From Lentihominibacter sp. (lineage in GTDB: Bacteria; Bacillota; Clostridia; Peptostreptococcales; Anaerovoracaceae), in assembly GCA_051882875.1 (NCBI GenBank), contig JBJESQ010000043.1, positions 7,284 through 71,283 on the forward strand: a DNA stretch of 64,000 nucleotides, in the 5' to 3' direction. A program made the translations under genes and the position numbers. Positions within the stretch are counted from its first letter, which is position 1. Each line of letters begins with the position of its first letter. This document shows positions 45,036-53,720 of the stretch, piece after piece. The notes under the pieces were generated by a model. The model did no database searches and had not been told where the DNA came from. It worked only from the letters and a program-made list of their open reading frames with translations.

Positions 45036-47501
45036 ATGAACACAAACGTACCGAATTTAAATGAGTATCTAAAAAAGGTGGATAACTGTCTGCAGCACGA
45101 GGCTTCATTCTGCACTGCTGCCTGTCCCTTTAACCTGGATGTGAACGAACTTGTTTCTAGGCTTCAGGAGGGACGCTTTAACGCCGCCTACAAAATATAC
45201 AGAGACGCCACAGGCTTTCCTGAGCTGGCTGCCCGCCTTTGCACTGAAAGCTGCAGAGCAAGCTGCCTCAAAAACGCTGTCAGAGGAGGTCAGCCCATTG
45301 AGCTCCTGAAGCTTGAGAGGTCTATTCTGGAGCACGCCACCAGGAAGGAGCCTGTTAATTACAATATCCCGGCCAAGAACAAGAGCATTGCAATTATAGG
45401 CGCCGGAATCAGCGGCATGGCCTGCGCTCTCAGAATGGCCACCAAGAAATACCGGGTTACTGTATACGAGAAAACCGACCGCGTTGGAGGAAACCTCAGT
45501 GACAGTATTTCACCGGAGGTTATGGCAGATGAGCTGGCTCTTCAGATGAAGCATCTTAATTATAACCTGAAACTGAATACCGAAATCACATCCCTTCATC
45601 AGGTTCTGGATCTGGGCTACGAAGATAACAAGGCTGCAGCTGATGATGCTGCTTCCGGTGCGGCCTCTGTTATGAGAGCCTCCTCCATGAACGCCTCAAG
45701 AAGCCTGGAGGGAACCTATGATGCAGTTTATGTTGCTACAGGAGCAGAAGGAAATTTTTTTGGAATTGAGCCTTCTGCTGAATACGGCGGTCCCTGCAGG
45801 ATTGTTGATAAAACTGCTGTATTTCTTGGAGGCGCAGCAGCAGGATCCGACCCGATTCATGCTCTCGCGGACGGCTTGAGGGTGTCCACTGCAATAGACA
45901 ACTACACAATGACCGGGGTTCTGAAGTACCCGGTTTACCCTGCTACCGAAATATCCATCGACGAGGCTGCCTTCGTAACAACACAGGCTGTGGTCTCTTC
46001 AGATGAAATATATTCTAAGGAAGAAGCTGTTGAAGAGGCCGGACGCTGCATGAAATGCCAGTGCAGCGCCTGCAGACTTCACTGCGACCTCACCGATTAT
46101 CTTCACAAGTGGCCACTTCGCTTAAGAGATGAGATTGTGGCAACAACTGCTCCCGGCACCTCGGAGCTCCACGCAACTCCTGCCATAAGGCTTATTAATA
46201 CCTGCACCCACTGCGGCCTTTGCAGGGAGACCTGCCCTGAGGATATAGACATGGACGGCATGATACTGGCTTCAAGGTACAGGATGCACCAGCTTGACAG
46301 AATGCCATGGGCTTTTAATGATTTTTTCCTTAGGGATATGGAATTTACCAACGGTCCTGAGGCAGCCATGTGCGAAGCTCCTAAGGGCTATGAGGGGAAA
46401 TCAAAGTACCTTTTCTTCCCGGGATGTCAGCTTGGTGCATCAGATCCGTTAATTGTACATAAATCCTATAAATATCTTATGGAGCATGAACCTTCCACGG
46501 CCATAGTTCTGGGCTGCTGCGGTGTGCCTGCAGAATGGGCGGGTGATGCTGAGCTGCGGGATTCTGTGATAGACAGAATCCGTGAAAACTGGGTTTCCCT
46601 TGGCAAGCCTGTCATGGTTCTTGCCTGCCCTACCTGCCGCAACACCTTCGCCAAATACCTGCCTGAGGCAGAAACAGTTTTTATATATGAGCTGATGGAT
46701 GAATGGGGCATCATCGGACTGCCCGGATGCAGAGATGATGACAGTGCATGTGAGCAGTACGGCGGCAGCGTGTCCGGTGCCTTCAGCGTATTTGATCCTT
46801 GTGCAACCCGGCCTGAGGAGAGTGTGCGCACCGCTGTGCGGAACCTCTGCGGTAAGATGGGCATAAGCCTGGAGCCTCTGCCTTTGCAGGAAAAATGGAC
46901 TGCCTGCTGCAGCTACGGAGGTCACGGAAGGCTGGCGGATCCGGACTTCACGAAATTTGTCCGGGAGAAGCGTCTGTCTGAGAGCAATCTGCCTTATATC
47001 ACCTACTGTATCAACTGCCGGGTTTCCTTCATGGAGGAGGGCAGGATGGCTCCTCACCTGCTTAATATTGTTTTCGGTATTGAACCGAAGCTCTACACCT
47101 GCTCTAAGCGCCGTCTGAACAGAACTGAACTGAAATCGGCTCTGTTGAGGGAATTCCGGGGCGAATCGTCTATTGGCGATGAACGTGATGTGCCGGCGGA
47201 AGCGCCGGCTATTGTCCTGGAAATGAGCGAGGACATCCGTCAGAAGCTCCACAGGGAATTCATCCTTGAAGATGAGGCTGCCCAGGTTGTGGCTTTTTGC
47301 GAGAGAACCGGCAGATCACTTTATGACAGCGAGTCGGACAGCCATACGGGCTACCGCAAGATAGGAAACATGACCTACTGGGTGGAATACCGCAAAACCC
47401 GTGAACCCGGCAGGTATGTTCTCCTTAATGCCTATTCACATCGGATGACAATTGAACTGGAGATGGTTTGGAATGGAAAGAAAATCGACATTGATATGTA
47501 A
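45036..47501 (+). CDS. Pyridine nucleotide-disulfide oxidoreductase / Fe-S dicluster / CCG-domain partner of Mop, copy 2
   Basis: CTAACP, GAGISG, CTHCGLCRETCP, FFPGC and CCG motifs. Paralog of 39354-41681. Confidence 0.88.
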   Translation: MNTNVPNLNEYLKKVDNCLQHEASFCTAACPFNLDVNELVSRLQEGRFNAAYKIYRDATGFPELAARLCTESCRASCLKNAVRGGQPIELLKLERSILEHATRKEPVNYNIPAKNKSIAIIGAGISGMACALRMATKKYRVTVYEKTDRVGGNLSDSISPEVMADELALQMKHLNYNLKLNTEITSLHQVLDLGYEDNKAAADDAASGAASVMRASSMNASRSLEGTYDAVYVATGAEGNFFGIEPSAEYGGPCRIVDKTAVFLGGAAAGSDPIHALADGLRVSTAIDNYTMTGVLKYPVYPATEISIDEAAFVTTQAVVSSDEIYSKEEAVEEAGRCMKCQCSACRLHCDLTDYLHKWPLRLRDEIVATTAPGTSELHATPAIRLINTCTHCGLCRETCPEDIDMDGMILASRYRMHQLDRMPWAFNDFFLRDMEFTNGPEAAMCEAPKGYEGKSKYLFFPGCQLGASDPLIVHKSYKYLMEHEPSTAIVLGCCGVPAEWAGDAELRDSVIDRIRENWVSLGKPVMVLACPTCRNTFAKYLPEAETVFIYELMDEWGIIGLPGCRDDDSACEQYGGSVSGAFSVFDPCATRPEESVRTAVRNLCGKMGISLEPLPLQEKWTACCSYGGHGRLADPDFTKFVREKRLSESNLPYITYCINCRVSFMEEGRMAPHLLNIVFGIEPKLYTCSKRRLNRTELKSALLREFRGESSIGDERDVPAEAPAIVLEMSEDIRQKLHREFILEDEAAQVVAFCERTGRSLYDSESDSHTGYRKIGNMTYWVEYRKTREPGRYVLLNAYSHRMTIELEMVWNGKKIDIDM

Positions 47502-47667
47502 TAAATGCGGAGTTTCCCTTGAGCCTATCAAGGTGAATTTCAGCTACCTTGGCAAACAGTTCGAACACGAAGTTGACCGCTGCCCCCAGTGCGGGCAGGT
47601 GTATATTCCCGAAGAACTTGCAAAGGGCCGCATGGCTGAGGTTGAGAAAATACTTGAGGATAAGTAG
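47473..47667 (+). CDS. DVU_1557-like small Cys-containing protein, copy 2
   Basis: LICNKCGVSL...FSYL...CPQCGQVYIPEELAKGRMAEVEKILEDK. Confidence 0.82.
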   Translation: MERKSTLICNKCGVSLEPIKVNFSYLGKQFEHEVDRCPQCGQVYIPEELAKGRMAEVEKILEDK

Positions 47668-47704
47668 ACATACTCAAGGATAGTTAGAGATACTGGAGGA
47701 TATA

Positions 47705-48652
47705 ATGATAGATTCAAATACTTCACTGATACTTGGTGAGGGTAAATGCAGATATGCGTTCTTCCCGGGCTGCTGCCTCTGTGAGAATGAGCCTGAGATA
47801 GTGGTTAAGGCATACGATTCCCTGAGATTTCAGAATGCCGATACGGCTCTGATCCTTCTGCACTGCGGGGACGTGGCAGATGTGAAAGCCGCCTGTAATA
47901 AACTGGGCCGGCCCGAGTTCATCCTGTGCTGCCCGCGCTGCGTGAGTTTCTTTAGTCGTGCGCTGCCTGAAATACCGGCTGCATCCCTTTATGATAAGCT
48001 TATTGAGTACGGAATCAGCGGAGGCTGCAACAGCGTTGACTACTGTCTCCACGAATCTGTATGCCCTCTGGGACAGGACTCCGGCTGCGCCTGTACCGGC
48101 GATGCGGTTGGCGCCGCTGCCGTCGTCGGTGCCGGCGATGCCGGTGTCTGTGCTGGCGACGCCGGTGTCTGTGCCGGCGATGCGGTTGGAGCCAGCGCCT
48201 GTGCCGGCGATGCTGGTGTCTGTGCTGGCGACGCCGGTGTCTGTGCCGGCGACGCGGTTGGCGCCGTGGCACAGCTTGCCCGGGACATGGGCGCCACCCT
48301 TCATACGCATGAAAAAAACAGCCCGTTTCCTTACCTCGTCAATGACATTGCTGTAAGGAACCAGCTGAAATCGTCTAATCACGATGCTGCTCATATTCTG
48401 GAGCTTGTTTATGGAATGGGAGCTTCTAATACGCATCTTATTCATGAGCACGAGCATGAGGATGGCAGCGCTGCAGCTTCCAGTGATTCCACGTCAGATG
48501 TCCTGCAGACCCCTGAAGACTGCAACGGCGACTGCAGTTCCTGCAGCGGCTGCCCAGGTCAATATGAAGCTCCTCAGCCCCTGCCGGACGAAAACCAGCG
48601 CAGAGCAAACCTGGAGGAGCTTGTGCAGGTGGTCAAAGCACTTTATTTATAA
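47705..48652 (+). CDS. Stand-alone degenerate CCG-region protein with an internal repeat expansion and a His/Cys-rich tail
   Basis: YAFFPGC...PEIVVKAY resembles the C-terminal half of the two Mop partners. It also has AGDAGVC repeats, HEHEHE and CNGDCSSCSGC. Confidence 0.6.
   Translation: MIDSNTSLILGEGKCRYAFFPGCCLCENEPEIVVKAYDSLRFQNADTALILLHCGDVADVKAACNKLGRPEFILCCPRCVSFFSRALPEIPAASLYDKLIEYGISGGCNSVDYCLHESVCPLGQDSGCACTGDAVGAAAVVGAGDAGVCAGDAGVCAGDAVGASACAGDAGVCAGDAGVCAGDAVGAVAQLARDMGATLHTHEKNSPFPYLVNDIAVRNQLKSSNHDAAHILELVYGMGASNTHLIHEHEHEDGSAAASSDSTSDVLQTPEDCNGDCSSCSGCPGQYEAPQPLPDENQRRANLEELVQVVKALYL
48092..48265 (+). repeat. In-frame tandem repeats (21-nt unit GCCGGCGATGCCGGTGTCTGT, peptide AGDAGVC)
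   Basis: About seven degenerate GDA-containing units are directly visible. Confidence 0.85.
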
Positions 48653-48692
48653 GTCTTTCAAACCCTGTGCGCAGGATCCCTGCGAAGCGTAA

Positions 48693-49376
48693 TGCCTTCT
48701 GGGCCGGCTCACTTCTCCGGCGACCTTCTGGACCGGCTCACTTCTCCGGCGACCTTCTGGGCCGGCCGCTACCTGCTAAGCCCTCAGGCCTGCCGGTTGG
48801 TCGGCAGAGGGCTTAGAGCTCGCAAGGCAGGCTGCATGTTGAAGTAATTGCAGATTTCTCATATTTGCTTCAACATACGTTGATTTTTAGCCCTGAAATG
48901 GGCTCATTTCAGGAGCCGATTTGAAGCATTCTCAATATAAATTAAATTGCTTCAACAGAATCGCAAAAATGTTGAAGCAATAATTTTTTGCTAAGGATAT
49001 TTACAACAATTGGAAAAATTTAGGTGATAGAATCGGTGTTTCAGAAGGTTTGGTTGAAGCAAATTTGGATTTTCTTTGATTACTTCAACAATTTCTGGGG
49101 TCAAGCTGTAATGTGCAGCCGCCGAGTGGCACATAATGTGCAGCCGCCGAGTGGTACATAATGCGCAGCCGCCGAGTGGTACATAATGTGCAGTTGCCGA
49201 AGGGCTGCTTGTTTGGATAACACTGCTAGCCGGACGCAAGCAACCAAGCCGTCATTGGGCGGACAATGCAGGTAATCGTCCGCCCAATGACGGCTTTTGA
49301 ATATCGGTTTGCTGCTTGCGGCGGCCGGCCCGGGAGACCGCCGGCAGCGCAGCATTCATATACGAGCCTATTGGTG
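48693..49376 (-). repeat. ~680-bp non-coding composite repeat element, copy B (inverted relative to 17905-18523)
   Basis: Reverse complement of copy A. It carries extra 25-nt tandem units (49110-49195) and a perfect 19-bp-arm palindrome (49246-49296). Confidence 0.92.
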
Positions 49377-49390
49377 GCCGCGGTTATAAC

Positions 49391-50416
49391 CTACTCCACA
49401 AAACGCCGGATTGTGAGAATCCTGCCGGGAGCATGAACGCTGCTGACACAGATTCCGGCTCTGGAATTGTAGGCATGAACAATCTGGCCGTTTCCCGCAT
49501 ACATGGCATAGTGTCCGGGGTAATACACGATGTCTCCCGGTTTTGCCTCGGCAAGGCAGACGCCCTTGCCCATGCTGTAGAAGCCCATCCTTGGCACGTT
49601 GTATCCGAAGTGACGGTATACGGAATAGATGAATCCGGAACAGTCGGCTCCGTTTGTAAGGCTTGTTCCGCCGTACTTGTATGGGTTTCCTACAAATTGT
49701 TTACCGTAATCCACCAGCTTCTGACCGTCTGCTGACCATATAATCTCCCCGGAGTAATCCTGCCAGGCAGTATCTGCAGGTCTGGCAGCAGTTCCCAGAC
49801 TTATCACAGTATTCTCCGGCTCCTGGATTATCTTTTCCTTCACCGGCTCCTTTGACGATTCTTCCCCGTTGGTCATTGTCACTTCACTTGTGACTATCAT
49901 CTTGCCGTCTGTTCCCTCTGTTTTAAGCTCGGTGTTTCCCTCAAAGAGCTCGTCGGTCTTCTCGTAAACAACCTCCGGCTCTACAGGCTCAATGTCCTCC
50001 ACCATTGATGTGGTGGTGACATGCATCATGGGCTTGTCAGTGTCGTTCTCCTCCAGCACCTTTTCCACCGCTTCATCTTCAGTGAGAACCCTTGGCGGCT
50101 CCACCCCAACAAATAGGGTTTTATCTTCAATTTTCAGCTCTTCCTCAATATGAATGCAATCAATGTCGCCTCCCTCGGGAACGTAATTCTCCATAACCCG
50201 GCGAATGACCTTCCCGGCAGTCTCTTCATCCTCAACGATAAACAGCTCTTTCCCGTCGGCGGAGACTATATAGGGATCTTCAACCTTTGTGCCGTCTGCA
50301 TACACAGCATAGGGCTTCACCATTACCCCGAAGGTTACCCCGGCAGCAGCGGCAAATGCAAAAGCAATCACCACTGCGCTGAAGAGCTTTCTGTGTTTTC
50401 TGTAGAAATTTCTCAA
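49391..50416 (-). CDS. NlpC/P60 family cell-wall peptidase with a G5 domain
   Basis: N-terminal TM, G5-like segment, and GNPYKYGG...DCSGF...HYAMY...HA catalytic motifs. Confidence 0.9.
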   Translation of the reverse strand: MRNFYRKHRKLFSAVVIAFAFAAAAGVTFGVMVKPYAVYADGTKVEDPYIVSADGKELFIVEDEETAGKVIRRVMENYVPEGGDIDCIHIEEELKIEDKTLFVGVEPPRVLTEDEAVEKVLEENDTDKPMMHVTTTSMVEDIEPVEPEVVYEKTDELFEGNTELKTEGTDGKMIVTSEVTMTNGEESSKEPVKEKIIQEPENTVISLGTAARPADTAWQDYSGEIIWSADGQKLVDYGKQFVGNPYKYGGTSLTNGADCSGFIYSVYRHFGYNVPRMGFYSMGKGVCLAEAKPGDIVYYPGHYAMYAGNGQIVHAYNSRAGICVSSVHAPGRILTIRRFVE

Positions 50417-50432
50417 AAGATACCTTCCTTAT

Positions 50433-51722
<1,290 letters not shown>

Positions 51723-53645
51723 CTAAAACAGATTCTTCCTGTAAGTAATATAAAGCTCTCTAAGCTCTTCAATCTTCTCCTGCATTTCGATCTGCAGGTC
51801 TGATGCCTCCTGATAGTGTCTGGCATCTATGGCATTAACTATGCGGGTCAGCAGGCAGGTTTCCTCCAGAGTGTTTTTGCCCAGATAATTTCTCATCTTG
51901 ACAATCTTACCCCAGAAGTGTCTGTCGTAATCCGCGCTTTCTTCCTCTCCGTGGGCTCTGGTGCAAAGCCTCAGAATGTCCATTGTTTCAGGCACAATTC
52001 TGTTCTTCAGCTCCATCATCCACTGATCCAGTACCGCCTCTCTGTATGACATCAGCGCCATGTCAGTCATCACATCATCCCTTCTGAAAATGTCCAGCTT
52101 TTCGGGATTTCTGTCGAAGACACTGATGTTTTCCCACACCGTTTTAGGAGCTTTCCCGAAGAATCGGTCTCTCTCCTCTTCAGTGTAATGGTCAAAAATA
52201 TTTTTCTCGCTTCTGTATATTCTATCCTTTTCAAGATAGAAGTCCTCCTGTCCGTATTCCTTGGATACGGATTTCTCCAGCTCCTCAGGTGTCTTCCCTG
52301 CCTCCAGAGCCGCCTTTATGCCGTCCAGCATTGCCATATAGGATGCAGCCAGCACCAGGTATGTGTTGCTCTGAGGATTTGGAGATCTGAGCTCAAATCT
52401 TGTTGCTAGCGGGTTTCCTACCTCTCTCACCAGTCCCACCAGTACCGTTCTGTTTCTTGACGGCATTCTGGCGTCGTGGCCAAGGGATGTTACACAGCAG
52501 ATAGGAGCTTCATAACCCGGTTTTTGTCTGTTAAATGAATCGTTTGATGAGCTTACAAACGGATTGATTACGTCGTAGTTTTTAAGGAGTCCCATGAGAG
52601 CTCCGAAGCCTATCGGGTTCAGGAACTGATTCTCCGGATCCTTATGGCTGAACAGGTTAACGGTTCTGCCGTCCTTCAGCTTCGCTGCTACACCCATGTG
52701 GGTATGCTCTCCGCTTCCTGCTACACCTTCTATAGGCTTTGCCATAAAGGTTACATCCAGACCATAGGTTCTGAAAACATCCCTTACAACATACTTTATC
52801 TGATTTTCATTATCTGCCGCCTGAATCGCCGAGGAGTATTTCCAGTCAATCTCAAGCTGCTCCATTACATGGTCGTAGTTTCCGGAGTTTCCAAACTTAG
52901 CCTTGACTCCACCTACTTCCTTGTGGCCCATTTCCATCTCGAAGCCGTACTTATCCAAAACCAGCAGAACCTCTTCAAGGGCCGTCCTGACCGGTCCGGT
53001 GGTTCTCTTCCAGTACTGTTCCTTCAGCATCTGGGCCGTTGACAGCTGTTCTCTGTCTGCATCGTCATCAGGTGTCTTAACCCAGAATTCCAGCTCTGTA
53101 GCTGCGGTAACATCAAGCCTCTCGATATCATCAGCACTGTCAATTTCCATATATTCAAAAACATACGGATTGTCTCTCAGCAGTTCCATAAGATCCTGCT
53201 TGAAGTTGTATATGGCATCTCGAAGTATCACTCTTGAACCTACACGGTCTGAGTCATTGTGAACCAGTGAGGATGGAATTCTCAGCGTGCCCACCGGCAA
53301 ATCCGTATCGGGATCTCTGTATTTGAAGTTGTGATCAACGAACCAGTTAACTGTCCTGTCGGGGATTATGTCAACCTTGCCGTTGTTCAGATCCGCAATT
53401 CCGGGAAGCACTACTGAAGAGCCGTCTGTCTGGACTCCGCCTGTGAGAAACCCCTCAATATCCTGCAGAAATTCATTTACCGGTATCTTCTCATCAGTAT
53501 CATGTCCGCCTACATCTATTCCCACCACGGAAACGAATTTCACCTCCGGGTGAGCCGTAAGTATTTTTCTTAGTTCCTTCTCGCTGTGTGCCTCCGGGGG
53601 AATGGTAAACAGCATTTTGTCCAGATCGTAATTTAGCATTTGCAA
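51723..53645 (-). CDS. glnA: Glutamine synthetase (long clostridial form)
   Basis: DGSSV, ATELEF, GHKEVG, FMAKP, GSGEHTH, PGYEAP, NRTVLV and RFELRSP motifs. Confidence 0.88.
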   Translation of the reverse strand: MQMLNYDLDKMLFTIPPEAHSEKELRKILTAHPEVKFVSVVGIDVGGHDTDEKIPVNEFLQDIEGFLTGGVQTDGSSVVLPGIADLNNGKVDIIPDRTVNWFVDHNFKYRDPDTDLPVGTLRIPSSLVHNDSDRVGSRVILRDAIYNFKQDLMELLRDNPYVFEYMEIDSADDIERLDVTAATELEFWVKTPDDDADREQLSTAQMLKEQYWKRTTGPVRTALEEVLLVLDKYGFEMEMGHKEVGGVKAKFGNSGNYDHVMEQLEIDWKYSSAIQAADNENQIKYVVRDVFRTYGLDVTFMAKPIEGVAGSGEHTHMGVAAKLKDGRTVNLFSHKDPENQFLNPIGFGALMGLLKNYDVINPFVSSSNDSFNRQKPGYEAPICCVTSLGHDARMPSRNRTVLVGLVREVGNPLATRFELRSPNPQSNTYLVLAASYMAMLDGIKAALEAGKTPEELEKSVSKEYGQEDFYLEKDRIYRSEKNIFDHYTEEERDRFFGKAPKTVWENISVFDRNPEKLDIFRRDDVMTDMALMSYREAVLDQWMMELKNRIVPETMDILRLCTRAHGEEESADYDRHFWGKIVKMRNYLGKNTLEETCLLTRIVNAIDARHYQEASDLQIEMQEKIEELRELYITYRKNLF

Positions 53646-53720
53646 TGCCTCCCATTATCACGAAAAGATGACAAGGAATAGCACCCCTGTCATCTTCTCA
53701 TATTCCTTAAATTTTCTACT

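Noticed and set aside
46449-47252. 267-aa minus-strand ORF and similar long antisense ORFs across the Mop, AOR and UPF0182 genes
   Set aside because: Shadow frames of strongly supported genes on the opposite strand.
1-48652. Selenocysteine read-through in TrsS, C-GCAxxG-C-C, AOR or the Fe-S proteins
   Set aside because: The visible frames are open with Cys at the motif positions, and no in-frame TGA is needed. The part of TrsS beyond the window was not seen.
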